From: Chloroflexota bacterium
GTDB taxonomy: Bacteria > Chloroflexota > Dehalococcoidia > Lucifugimonadales > Australimonadaceae
Reading direction: 5' to 3'
Length of the DNA stretch: 64,000 nt
Assembly: GCA_009838965.1 (NCBI GenBank)
Contig: VXQP01000044.1
Coordinates: forward strand, 2,882-66,881
Part shown: positions 26,670-35,727 of the stretch, in pieces
How positions within the stretch are numbered: position 1 is the stretch's first letter
Layout: each line of letters opens with the position of its first letter
Notes under the pieces: generated by a model
What the model was told of the DNA's origin: nothing
What the model saw: only the letters and a program-made list of their open reading frames with translations
Databases searched by the model: none
Position numbers and translations under genes: made by a program

Positions 26670-27506
26670 TTACCCTGCTCCAGCAAGACGCTCCAAGGCT
26701 TCGAACACTTCCGGAGGCGGGCCGTCCGATCCGGGAAGCGCCTCGTTCTCGTTGCCCATCGCATGATAATCGCTCCCGCCACACGGCAGGAGGCCGTAGC
26801 GTCTGGCGAGGCCGAACAGGGCGCGTTGCTCGTCCGCGTTGAAGTTTGCGTAGTGCGCTTCGAGTCCCACGATGCCCATGTCAGGCAGCCGGGGAACGAG
26901 CGTCTCGTACTCCTCGACGTAGAGCGGGTGAGCGAGCACTGCCGCGCCGCCTGCGCTCCGTATCGTGCGTGCGGCGTCTTCCAGCGTTACGCCCACGCGA
27001 CCGACGAACGCCGCGCCCCCGTTGTTCAGCAGTCCGTTGAACGCGTCTTTGTACGTTGCCAGGTAGCCTCGCTCCACCATCGCGTGCGCGATGTGGGGAC
27101 GCCCGACGCTTGCGCCGTCCGCGATCTGCTGCACACGCTCCCAGTCGATCGGATAGCCGAGTCTGGCGAGGTTATCGAGCATCCGCAGTCCCCGCTCTTC
27201 CCGCTCCTGACGGAGCTCGGCCAGTTGCTGCTGCAACGCGGCGTCGGTGCGGTCCACGAAGTAGCCGAGCAGGTGCACGTCCGAGTTGTCCATCGTGGGA
27301 TGCGAGGCGCTGATCTCGATACCGGGGACGATACGCAGCGCGGGATGAGCGGCGGCGGCAGCGATGGCCTCGTCCAGCCCTTCGGTGGAGTCGTGGTCGG
27401 TGAGCGCAGCGACATCGACCCCCCGGTGAGCGAGGACTCCTACGAGTTCGGTGGGCGTCAGACGCCCGTCCGAGCGGGTGGAGTGCATGTGGAGGTCTAT
27501 CTTCAT
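26670..27506 (-). CDS. PHP-domain phosphoesterase (TrpH/YciV-like)
   Basis: 278 aa. MKIDLHMHSTRSDG ... ALTDHDS ... GIE ... AHP motifs of the PHP family. Confidence 0.85.
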   Translation of the reverse strand: MKIDLHMHSTRSDGRLTPTELVGVLAHRGVDVAALTDHDSTEGLDEAIAAAAAHPALRIVPGIEISASHPTMDNSDVHLLGYFVDRTDAALQQQLAELRQEREERGLRMLDNLARLGYPIDWERVQQIADGASVGRPHIAHAMVERGYLATYKDAFNGLLNNGGAAFVGRVGVTLEDAARTIRSAGGAAVLAHPLYVEEYETLVPRLPDMGIVGLEAHYANFNADEQRALFGLARRYGLLPCGGSDYHAMGNENEALPGSDGPPPEVFEALERLAGAG

Positions 27507-27567
27507 GGCTCGCCGGGCCGGGCTGCCCGCACTCGGATCCGAGCGCGGGCAGCTGCACCCGTCCGTT

Positions 27568-29097
27568 CTAGTGGGCGACCTCGGTAGCCCTCGTCTCGCG
27601 CACGACGGTGACGACGATCTCGCCGGGGTAAACGAGGTTCTCCTCGATCTTGCGGACGACCTTGCGCGCGAGGTTCGATGCAGCGACGTCGTCTATCGCG
27701 TCCGGCTCGACGAGGATGCGCACCTCGCGCCCCGCCTGTATGGCGTACGACTTCTGCACGCCGTCGAAGCTGTTGGCGACGTCTTCCAGGGCTTCCAGCC
27801 GCTTGAGGTAGAGCTCGACGGTGTCGCGGCGGGAGCCGGGACGCGCAGCGCTGATGGCGTCAGCCGCCGCGACGACGAAAGCCTCGACAGACCCTCTGTC
27901 GTCGTCATGGTGCTCGTTGATAGCGGCGGTTACCGCGGGTGTGAGGGAATAACGCCGGGCAACCTCCTCGCCGAGCTCGATGTGCGTGCCCTCGAACTCG
28001 TGGGTGAGGGCCTTGCCGATGTCGTGGAGCAGCCCACCCGCCTTGGAGGTCTGGACGTCCGCTTCTATCTCACCGGCGATCAGCCCCGCGATGCGCGAGA
28101 CCTCGACGGAATGCTGCAGAACGTTCTCGCCGTAGCTGTAGCGGTACTGGAGCCTGCCGAGGAGCCTGATGAGTTCGGGGTTCAGTCCGCGGACGCCCGC
28201 GTCGAGCACGGCCTGCTCGCCCGAACGGGCGATGGAGTCCTCAACTTCCTTCTGCGCCTTGTTGACCGCTTCCTCGATGCGCGCGGGGTGGATGCGCCCG
28301 TCGGCGATGAGGTTGGTGAGCGCCACCTTTGCCACCTCGCGGCGGATGGGGTCGAAGCAGGAGACCGTCACGGCCTCCGGCGTGTCGTCGATGATGAGGT
28401 CGACGCCTGTGGCGGCTTCGATGGCGCGGATGTTGCGTCCCTCGCGGCCGATGAGGCGGCCCTTCATCTCGTCGTTCGGCAGCGCCACCTGTGAGGTGGT
28501 CGACTCGTTGACGACGTCCGAAGCCAGACGCTGGATGGAGAGGGCGATGGTCTTCTTCGCCTTCTCGTCCACCTCGTTCAGCATCTTCTGTTCGAGGGCG
28601 TAATAGCGCTTGGCGAGTTCGTGCTCGGCCTCGTCCTCTGCGGACTGCATGATCTGGGCCTTCGCTTCCTGCACGCTGAGGTTCGCGACCTGTTCGAGCT
28701 TGACGGCCTGCTCAGCCTTGATGGCCTCGGCTTCCTCGTATTGCTGCTCGACGTCCTGCTCCCGGTCGGCCACGCGCTGCTCACGCAGCTCCAGGCCTTC
28801 CTGGCGGCTGTCGAGGGTCTCACTGCGGCTGGCGAGACGGTTCTCCGCTCGCTGCACCTCGCGCCGTCTGTCGCGCAGTTCGGCCTCAGCCTCCTGCTTC
28901 GCCTTGAGCGCCTCTTCCTGGGCCTCCAGCAGGGCGCGTTTCTTCTCTTCCTCAGCGCTTGCGAGTATACGAGTTGCCTCGTCCTGGGCTGCTCCCATGC
29001 GCCGGCTCCGTCCCATACTCCGGACGAGCAGGACCACTATGACACCGATAACGAGTCCAATTACCGCTCCTGCGATACCGACAATCAACGCTTCCAT
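27568..29097 (-). CDS. rny: Ribonuclease Y
   Basis: 509 aa from Met43 of the track ORF (SD AAAGGAGA). N-terminal TM helix, long coiled coil, KH domain, HD domain (HSVEV...LLHDIGK). Confidence 0.92.
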   Translation of the reverse strand: MEALIVGIAGAVIGLVIGVIVVLLVRSMGRSRRMGAAQDEATRILASAEEEKKRALLEAQEEALKAKQEAEAELRDRRREVQRAENRLASRSETLDSRQEGLELREQRVADREQDVEQQYEEAEAIKAEQAVKLEQVANLSVQEAKAQIMQSAEDEAEHELAKRYYALEQKMLNEVDEKAKKTIALSIQRLASDVVNESTTSQVALPNDEMKGRLIGREGRNIRAIEAATGVDLIIDDTPEAVTVSCFDPIRREVAKVALTNLIADGRIHPARIEEAVNKAQKEVEDSIARSGEQAVLDAGVRGLNPELIRLLGRLQYRYSYGENVLQHSVEVSRIAGLIAGEIEADVQTSKAGGLLHDIGKALTHEFEGTHIELGEEVARRYSLTPAVTAAINEHHDDDRGSVEAFVVAAADAISAARPGSRRDTVELYLKRLEALEDVANSFDGVQKSYAIQAGREVRILVEPDAIDDVAASNLARKVVRKIEENLVYPGEIVVTVVRETRATEVAH

Positions 29098-29361
29098 GAG
29101 CGTCTCCTTTCGGGCTCGACCTGCGCGCGCGTCCCCGTCGAGGGGGACCGGACAGACCGGCCATGGCTGTAGACAGACGACGGTCCCCCGGTTCCGGGAG
29201 CGGCAGCGAAGCGGGTACGTCAAGACCGCCCAGCAGCGCGAAGGCCGCTGGCGCGAGGAGGCGGGTGTGGTGCCCGCCGGTCTGCGCGTCGGTGAAGCGC
29301 ACGTTATCTGCCACCGCCGTCCTTTATTCCTGGCGAGTGGCAGCCAGTAAGACGATGCCGG

Positions 29362-30411
29362 TTACCCGGTTGCCGGGGCCGCCGGTTGGAGCTCGGCCTC
29401 GGGGACCGGAGCCTCGCTGTGTCCGTTCGCGGCGTCGATGCCGCGAACCTTCGCCTCGATCTGAGCGGCGATATCCGGGTTGGCGCGGAGGAACGTCTTG
29501 GCGTTCTCCCGGCCCTGTCCCAGGCGCGTCTCGTTGTACGAGTAGTTCGCGCCGGACTTGCGGACGATCCCCATCTCCACACCGAGGTCGAGGAGGTCTC
29601 CTTCCTTGCTGATGCCTATCTTGAACATGATGTCGAACTCGGCCTGCCTGAAGGGCGGAGCGACCTTGTTCTTGACGACTTTCGCCCTGACCCGTGAACC
29701 GACAGGTTCCGTCCCCTGCTTGATCGTTTCGATACGCCGCAGGTCTACGCGGACGGAACTGTAGAACTTGAGCGCCCTGCCTCCCGGAGTGACTTCCGGG
29801 CTCCCGAAGAAGACTCCCACCTTCTCCCGCAGCTGGTTCACGAACACGACCGCGGTGTGGGAGGTGTTGGTGGCGGCAGTGAGCTTGCGGAGCGCCTGCG
29901 ACATCAGCCGGGCCTGCAGCCCGACGTGGGCGTCGCCCATGTCGCCTTCGAGTTCTGCACGGGGCACGAGAGCGGCGACGCTGTCCACGACGACAACGTC
30001 CACGGCGCCGCTGCGCACGAGGTACTCGACGATCTCCAACGCCTGCTCGCCGGAGTCAGGCTGCGAGATGAGGAGCGAGTCCACCTGCACGCCGCACTGT
30101 GCGGCGTAGGTGGGGTCCAGTGCGTGCTCAGCGTCTATGTAGGCGGCGGTGCCGCCGCGACGCTGCGCCTCCGCGACGATGTGGCTGCAGAGCGTGGATT
30201 TCCCTGCGGACTCCGTTCCGAATATCTCCGTGATCCGCCCCTTTGGGATTCCTCCTATACCCAGGGCCAGGTCCAGCGAGATGGAGCCCGTGGGGATGGC
30301 TTCCACATGCAGGCTCTGGGTGGCTTCGCCCAGCCGCATGATCGCCCCGTGCCCGAACTGCCGTTCTATCTGCCCGAGAGCCAGTGCCAGCGCTTGTTCC
30401 TTGTCAGACAT
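29362..30411 (-). CDS. recA: Recombinase RecA
   Basis: 349 aa. ALxxIERQFGxGAIMRLG, Walker [10 protein letters not shown], and the remaining canonical RecA sequence. Confidence 0.97.
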   Translation of the reverse strand: MSDKEQALALALGQIERQFGHGAIMRLGEATQSLHVEAIPTGSISLDLALGIGGIPKGRITEIFGTESAGKSTLCSHIVAEAQRRGGTAAYIDAEHALDPTYAAQCGVQVDSLLISQPDSGEQALEIVEYLVRSGAVDVVVVDSVAALVPRAELEGDMGDAHVGLQARLMSQALRKLTAATNTSHTAVVFVNQLREKVGVFFGSPEVTPGGRALKFYSSVRVDLRRIETIKQGTEPVGSRVRAKVVKNKVAPPFRQAEFDIMFKIGISKEGDLLDLGVEMGIVRKSGANYSYNETRLGQGRENAKTFLRANPDIAAQIEAKVRGIDAANGHSEAPVPEAELQPAAPATG

Positions 30412-30547
30412 GTCCTTTTGGCCTCGTCTCCTGGCTGCCGCATGCCAGTGTTTTCATCGTATCACACCCGCTATCGCGGGCTGTGTGGCGGTTGCTGACG
30501 AGTTTGCCATGCATACGGTGCAACCGCGCAATGGGCGCGTGTCACAA

Positions 30548-30571
30548 ATCCGGAATCCCACAATTCCGGAT
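30548..30571 (-). terminator. Hairpin downstream of nadE (possible terminator or operator upstream of recA)
   Basis: Perfect 9-bp inverted repeat ATCCGGAAT-N6-ATTCCGGAT, 30 nt after the nadE stop. On the minus strand it is followed by TTTGTG, a weak U-tract. Confidence 0.35.
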
Positions 30572-30600
30572 GCCTGCGGGACGCTCATGGGGGTTGAGGT

Positions 30601-32373
30601 TCAGGAGGGGCGATAGCGGTTGACGATGGGGAGGCGGCGGTCCCGCCCGAAGTTGCGGCGTGTGATCTTGACGCCCGGGGGCGCTTGGCGGCGCTTGTAC
30701 TCGCTGCGGTCGACGAGGCGCACGGTGAGTTCAACGGCGTCGCGGGGCATCCCTGCGGCGAGCATCTCGTCGAAGCTGCGGTCGTCCTCGACGTACGCCT
30801 GCAGGATGGGGTCGAGCACGTCGTAGGGAGGCAGCGAGTCCTCGTCCTTCTGGTCAGGGCGGAGCTCGGCGGTCGGCGGCCGGACGATGATGGATTCGGG
30901 GACGACCTCCCGCCCGGCCATCACGTTGCGGTGGCGGGCGAGCTGCTGCACGAGCGTCTTGGGGACGTCCTTGATGACGGCGAACCCGCCCGCCATGTCG
31001 CCGTAGAGGGTGGCGTAGCCGGTGGCCATCTCGCTCTTGTTGCCGGTGGTGAGCACGATCCAGCCGAACTTGTTGGACGCCGCCATGAGCAGGTTGCCAC
31101 GGATGCGCGCCTGCAGGTTCTCCTCGGTCGTGTCCGGCTCCTTGCCGGCGAACTCGCCGGCGAGCGTTTCGAGGAACTCGTCGAAGATCGGGCGTATGGG
31201 CAGCGATACGAGCCGGACGCCGAGGTTGTCCGTGAGCGCTTTCGAGTCGTCCCAGGACTGGCCGGACGTGTACTGCGACGGCATGAAGAACGTGGTGACG
31301 CGCTCCGGCCCGAGGGCATCGGCGGCGATGGCGGTGGTGAGCGCAGAGTCTATGCCGCCGGAGAGGCCGATGACCGCGCCCCTGAAGCCGCTCTTGAGCA
31401 CGTAGTCCCGTGTGCCGGTGACGAGGGCCTGGTAGACCTCCGTGAGCGGGTGCAACTCCTCCGCGATGGAGGCCGAAAGTGCCTCGCCCCGCGAGGCGCT
31501 TGCGGCGGAGAGGAAGTAGCGGCGCGGCTCGCCGATGGTTTCGAGTCCGGGCCGGGCGAGCGGGCCTTCCGGGTCGGGAGCACCGACCTCGTCGGCGTCC
31601 ACGTCCACGAGCAGCAGCGATTCCTCGAACTGTGGGGCGCGCGCGATGAGTTCGCCCCGGGGGTCGAAGACGAGGCTCTGGCCGTCGAAGACGAGCTCGT
31701 CCTGTCCCCCGATGAGATTGACGTATGCGATGAAGCAGCCGTGCTCGGCGGCGCGGCGTGAGAGCATCGCGCTGCGCTGGGCGTAGCGTCCCTGGTGGTA
31801 CGGCGACCCGTTGATGGTGACGACGACCTCCGCGCCCGCGAGCCGCTGAACGGTTGTGGGGCCGGTGTCGTACCAGATGTCCTCGCAGACGTTGACGCCT
31901 GTCTGCACGCCGTTGATCTCGAAGACGGGGCACTCGTTGCCGCGGGCGAAATAGCGTTCCTCGTCGAAAACGCCGTGGTTGGGGAGGAGGATCTTGCGGT
32001 AGACGGTAGCGACGCTGCCGCCGTGCAGAACGGCCGCGCCGTTGTAGACGCGGCCTTCCATCTGGTCGGGGTAGAGGGCTGCGCCGAGGTGGAAAGGCTC
32101 TCCGTCCATGAACTCGGGCACCCCGACGATGATGGTGATGCCGTGTGCGGCTTCGGCGATACGCTCCAGCTGGGTCCGGGCGTCGAGCAGGAACTGGCGC
32201 TTGAAGAGGAGGTCCTCCGGCGGGTAGCCGGTGAGGGCCAGCTCGGGGAAGGCGACGAGGTCGGCCTGCCGTTCCCGGGCCTGTTGGACGAGCGCAAGTA
32301 TGCGTTCGGCGTTGCCGTTCAGGTCGCCGACGGTTGCGTTCATCTGGCCGAGGGCTATGCGGATGGGCCTCAC
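30601..32373 (-). CDS. nadE: Glutamine-dependent NAD+ synthetase
   Basis: 590 aa. N-terminal CN-hydrolase (nitrilase-like) domain plus C-terminal NAD synthetase domain with SGGIDS PP-loop. Confidence 0.92.
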   Translation of the reverse strand: MRPIRIALGQMNATVGDLNGNAERILALVQQARERQADLVAFPELALTGYPPEDLLFKRQFLLDARTQLERIAEAAHGITIIVGVPEFMDGEPFHLGAALYPDQMEGRVYNGAAVLHGGSVATVYRKILLPNHGVFDEERYFARGNECPVFEINGVQTGVNVCEDIWYDTGPTTVQRLAGAEVVVTINGSPYHQGRYAQRSAMLSRRAAEHGCFIAYVNLIGGQDELVFDGQSLVFDPRGELIARAPQFEESLLLVDVDADEVGAPDPEGPLARPGLETIGEPRRYFLSAASASRGEALSASIAEELHPLTEVYQALVTGTRDYVLKSGFRGAVIGLSGGIDSALTTAIAADALGPERVTTFFMPSQYTSGQSWDDSKALTDNLGVRLVSLPIRPIFDEFLETLAGEFAGKEPDTTEENLQARIRGNLLMAASNKFGWIVLTTGNKSEMATGYATLYGDMAGGFAVIKDVPKTLVQQLARHRNVMAGREVVPESIIVRPPTAELRPDQKDEDSLPPYDVLDPILQAYVEDDRSFDEMLAAGMPRDAVELTVRLVDRSEYKRRQAPPGVKITRRNFGRDRRLPIVNRYRPS

Positions 32374-32455
32374 GAGTCGCCCCAGTGCGTTCTTCGGTGA
32401 CGGGGCTGAGCGCCGGCGATGCTGGAAGCCGGCGCGTGCAGGTTCGGCAGGAGGA

Positions 32456-32641
32456 TCACATACCGGAGCGGCGGCGGCGCCTTGCGGAACGGCGGGCCGC
32501 GATGCGGGCCTTCTCTCCCTTGGAACGGAAGAAGCGCCGGTCCTTGTGGGCCTTGAGGATGCCGTTGCGGGTGACTGCCGCGCGGAACCGCGACACGATC
32601 GCCTCAGGCGGCTCCCCGTCTCTCATCTCTACGAATGCCAT
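32456..32641 (-). CDS. rpsU: 30S ribosomal protein S21
   Basis: 61 aa and very basic. EAIVSRFRAAVTRNGILKAHKDRRFFRSKGEKAR matches the S21 pattern. Confidence 0.85.
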   Translation of the reverse strand: MAFVEMRDGEPPEAIVSRFRAAVTRNGILKAHKDRRFFRSKGEKARIAARRSARRRRRSGM

Positions 32642-32714
32642 GAATGCTCCGTGCGCATGCTCCGCGCGAGTGTGATGCTAGCACAGCGCCACGCTCACCG
32701 GCAAGGCGGCACGA

Positions 32715-32743
32715 TTGACAACACTTCGGCGCGGCGGTATGTT
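32715..32743 (+). promoter_or_regulatory. Candidate sigma70 promoter
   Basis: TTGACA (32715-32720), 17-nt spacer, TATGTT (32738-32743), upstream of the FmdB-like gene. Confidence 0.45.
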
Positions 32744-32747
32744 GGCG

Positions 32748-32774
32748 TTAGCAGTCGCCACACGCGACTGCTAA
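32748..32774 (+). promoter_or_regulatory. Perfect 11-bp stem-loop at the predicted 5' end of the transcript
   Basis: TTAGCAGTCGC-cacac-GCGACTGCTAA lies immediately after the -10 element and 24 nt before ATG 32798. Confidence 0.4.
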
Positions 32775-32797
32775 CTGTGAGAGAGGCCTACCGCTCC

Positions 32798-33106
32798 ATG
32801 CCTACGTACGCATACCAATGCGAGTCCTGCGGTAACGAGTTCGACCTGCGGCAGAGTTTCAGCGCAAGCACCGAGCAGCCGTGTCCGGCCTGCTCCGGCC
32901 TCAGCCGCCGCCGGCTCTCGGTACCCGCGGTGATCTACAAGGGCTCCGGCTTCTATACGACGGACTACGCCCGTAAGGGCATGAGCGATTCTTCGTCCTC
33001 CTCTTCGTCTTCCTCATCGTCGTCATCGCCCCCCGCTGCTTCCTCGGAGAAGAACAGCACCAAGACGGCGGACTCAAAGAGCAAGGCGTCCAGCGCGTCC
33101 GAGTAA
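32798..33106 (+). CDS. FmdB-family zinc-ribbon protein with poly-Ser/low-complexity tail
   Basis: MPTYAYQCESCGNEFD...CPACSG is the CxxC...CxxC FmdB/Zn-ribbon_8 signature. Only the last 102 aa of track ORF 32231..33106 are credible. Confidence 0.8.
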   Translation: MPTYAYQCESCGNEFDLRQSFSASTEQPCPACSGLSRRRLSVPAVIYKGSGFYTTDYARKGMSDSSSSSSSSSSSSSPPAASSEKNSTKTADSKSKASSASE

Positions 33107-33109
33107 ACG

Positions 33110-33571
33110 ATGCGCGCGGTTGTCCAGCGCGTGAGCAGCGCCTCGGTGTCGATCGACGGCGAGGTGGTGTCGCGCATCGGCGCGGGCCTGGTGGTGCTGG
33201 CGGCGGTGGGCCGTCACGATACGGACGCGGACGCAGACTACATCGTCGACAAGACCGTGCACCTGCGCGTGTTCCCCGATGCCGAGGGCCGGTTCGACCG
33301 CTCGGTGGAGGACGTTGGCGGGAGCCTCCTGGTGGTGAGCCAGTTCACGCTGTACGGCGACGTGCGGCGAGGGAGGCGTCCATCGTTCACGGAGGCTGCA
33401 CCCCCGGATGAAGCATCGGCTCGTTTCGCTGACGTGGTCGAGCGTTTTCGCGCGACGGGCGTCCCCGTCGAGACGGGACAGTTCCAGGCGATGATGGACG
33501 TCGCGCTGGTGAACGATGGCCCGGTAACGCTCATCCTGGACTCAGCAGACCGTCACCGCCCCCGGCGCTAG
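33110..33571 (+). CDS. dtd: D-aminoacyl-tRNA deacylase
   Basis: 153 aa. MRAVVQRV... and SQFTLYGD motifs of Dtd. Confidence 0.92.
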   Translation: MRAVVQRVSSASVSIDGEVVSRIGAGLVVLAAVGRHDTDADADYIVDKTVHLRVFPDAEGRFDRSVEDVGGSLLVVSQFTLYGDVRRGRRPSFTEAAPPDEASARFADVVERFRATGVPVETGQFQAMMDVALVNDGPVTLILDSADRHRPRR

Positions 33572-33585
33572 GGAAGCCGCCTGAT

Positions 33586-33625
33586 CCTTTTCACTCGATG
33601 GGGGAAAGGCGAGGATGGGGGTGAA
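33586..33625 (+). repeat. Isolated copy of repeat module D (TCC-TTYC...GGGGAARG-GAGGATGGGGGTGA)
   Basis: tccttttcactcgatgggggaaaggcgaggatgggggtgaac. Same family as the copies at 47303, 52741, 60100 and 61950. Confidence 0.5.
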
Positions 33626-33699
33626 CAGGCGATAACCGCGCTTGACCGCGTCCGCTTGGGCTTGCTAGCGTCCGTGCATCCGTTGGACGGAGGTGCGCG

Positions 33700-34380
33700 A
33701 TGAGTGCTGCGATGAACAGGTCCGGTGGATGGGCTCTTGTGATAGGCCCCCTGCTTGCGTTGGCGTTCTTCCTGGTCGAACCGGGAGGCCTGCTGATAGA
33801 GAGCGCGGACTCGACCGACGCGGTTGCCAGTATCACGGCGAAGGCGTCGAACACGGCGCTCGCCCACCTGACCGCGCTGGTCGTGCCGTTCGGGCTCGCG
33901 CTCCTGCTGTTCGGGTTCATCGTCCTGCAGGCCGGGGCGATCCGGGAAGGCGGCGGCATCGGAGCGGCGCTGCTTGCCGTGGTGTTTCTGGGGACCGGCA
34001 TGGTTGTCTGGGGGATAACCCAGGGACTGAACCACCCGATCTCCGAGATCGACGTTTCGTCGGCGGAATCGATGGCGGTGGGGCTGGCGCTCTTCGAAGT
34101 GCAGTCCGCGAGCCGTGTGCTGGGCGGGCTGTTGGTCGCCGCCGGGTTCCTCGTCCTGGGCCTGAGCCCGTGGATGCGCGCCCGCTCCAACGTACTTGCG
34201 GCGAACGGGATCGTGGCCGTCTCCCTTATCTCGCTCGTCGGCCTCGTTGTCGGGCTCTTCTCGGTCGATCTGCGCCTGGAGGGGATCACCGTATCGAGGG
34301 CGTGCTACTTCATCTGGGTTGCCTGGAGCGTCTACCTCGGAGTGCAACTCATCAAGAGCAGCGCCGACGCGTCCGACTGA
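33700..34380 (+). CDS. Hypothetical integral membrane protein (about 6 TM)
   Basis: 226-aa ORF with alternating hydrophobic helices and good coding periodicity. No recognisable catalytic motif. Confidence 0.6.
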   Translation: MSAAMNRSGGWALVIGPLLALAFFLVEPGGLLIESADSTDAVASITAKASNTALAHLTALVVPFGLALLLFGFIVLQAGAIREGGGIGAALLAVVFLGTGMVVWGITQGLNHPISEIDVSSAESMAVGLALFEVQSASRVLGGLLVAAGFLVLGLSPWMRARSNVLAANGIVAVSLISLVGLVVGLFSVDLRLEGITVSRACYFIWVAWSVYLGVQLIKSSADASD

Positions 34381-34443
34381 CGCGCCGGCGGGGAACGGCA
34401 TGGGAGGGGCGAGCGTTGTCGTGAATGACACGGGGGTCGAGCG

Positions 34444-34686
34444 CTAGGGCTCCGGCGCTGCTTGCGCCAGCACGTCCTCGTCCGGCACAACTTCGAGGAA
34501 CCGCCACGGGAACATCATCCCCCGTGCCTCGCAGAAGGCGTCTATCACGCGCCACAGGTCGCGGTCGCTTTCGATACCGGCGAGGGCCGCGAACTCGCAG
34601 AAGCCGAGCGTATCGTTCCCCATCGTAACAAGCCGGTGGGCCTTTTCGTCCCAGGCGACCATCAGGGTTTCGATGCGGCATCCCAT
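34444..34686 (-). CDS. Hypothetical small protein
   Basis: 80-aa ORF in an otherwise unassigned gap. Composition is protein-like (W, F, C, M rich, not Arg/Ala shadow-like). No family recognised. Confidence 0.4.
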   Translation of the reverse strand: MGCRIETLMVAWDEKAHRLVTMGNDTLGFCEFAALAGIESDRDLWRVIDAFCEARGMMFPWRFLEVVPDEDVLAQAAPEP

Positions 34687-34786
34687 AGCGGGATGATAGC
34701 CCCGCTGGACTCGCTTGACACGCCCTCCGGCGCCAAACCCGCGTTATACTCTCCGCCAACTCGCAGGTCTGGACGGAGGCGTGGCA

Positions 34787-35710
34787 ATGGGCAATCTGCT
34801 CAAGGGGAGAGTGGCGGTCGTCACGGGGTCGGGACGGGGCATCGGACGTGCCCACGCGCTGGCGCTCGCGGAGGAAGGGGCGAGCGTTGTCGTGAACGAC
34901 ATCGGGGTCGAACGCGACGGCTCCGGCGGCACTCGCGCTCCGGCGGACGAGGCGGTCGCGCAGATACGCGAGAACGGCGGCGAGGCTGTTGCCAGCTACG
35001 ACGACATCTCGGACTACGAAGCGGCAGGCAACCTCATCAGGACGGCGGTGGACAACTTCGGTCGGCTGGACATCCTCGTGAACAACGCGGGGACGTTCCA
35101 GTACCGGCTCTTCCACCAGTTGACCGAGCAGGAGTGGGACGGGCTGATGAACGTGCACCTGTTCGGGACGTTCAACACCTGTCATCACGCCGTGAAGGTG
35201 ATGATGGAGCAGCGCTACGGGCGCATCATCAACACCGCGTCCAGCCAGTGGCGCAACCCGGAGGGGCGCGGGAACTACGGCGCGGCGAAGGGCGCCATCG
35301 TGTCGCTCACGTGGGGACTGGCGTTCGAGCTGCGGAACCACAACATCACCGTGAACGCGCTCGCTCCCATGGCAGCCACGCGGAGTTTCGACGACAACAC
35401 CTACCGCGACATGCTGGCGGATGCCGGACTGGACCGGAAGAAGAACCCGGCGGAGCAGGGCGGGAACCGGGCAGGGCCGGAGTTCGTCTCGCCGCTGGTG
35501 GTCTGGCTGGCGTCGGACGAGGCGGCAGGGGTCAACGGGATCGTGTTCAGGGCGGGGTCAGGCAAGATCGGGCGTTACAGCCATCCGACGGAGATCAGAA
35601 CGCTGTACCGCGAGGCGGGCAACGGCGACCCATGGACGCTCGACGAACTCGACGAAGTCCTTCCATCGACGGTGTTGCTGGGCGAGACGAAGGCCCCGTT
35701 CATCCCGTAA
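34787..35710 (+). CDS. SDR oxidoreductase, MFE-2-type 3-hydroxyacyl-CoA dehydrogenase-like
   Basis: GRVAVVTGSGRGIGRAHALALAEEGASVVVNDIG...LDILVNNAG...YGAAKGAIV closely follows the N-terminal dehydrogenase domain pattern of multifunctional enzyme type 2. Start at ATG 34787 (GGAGG upstream). Confidence 0.85.
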   Translation: MGNLLKGRVAVVTGSGRGIGRAHALALAEEGASVVVNDIGVERDGSGGTRAPADEAVAQIRENGGEAVASYDDISDYEAAGNLIRTAVDNFGRLDILVNNAGTFQYRLFHQLTEQEWDGLMNVHLFGTFNTCHHAVKVMMEQRYGRIINTASSQWRNPEGRGNYGAAKGAIVSLTWGLAFELRNHNITVNALAPMAATRSFDDNTYRDMLADAGLDRKKNPAEQGGNRAGPEFVSPLVVWLASDEAAGVNGIVFRAGSGKIGRYSHPTEIRTLYREAGNGDPWTLDELDEVLPSTVLLGETKAPFIP

Positions 35711-35727
35711 GGCGGAGGAGAAACGCT

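Noticed and set aside
32231-32797. Upstream 189 aa of track ORF 32231..33106, and likewise the upstream parts of 34462..36681, 38482..40437, 44181..45047 and 45829..46641.
   Set aside because: Only the C-terminal portions carry family signatures and SD-preceded ATGs. The upstream parts overlap other genes or promoters and are compositionally shadow-like.
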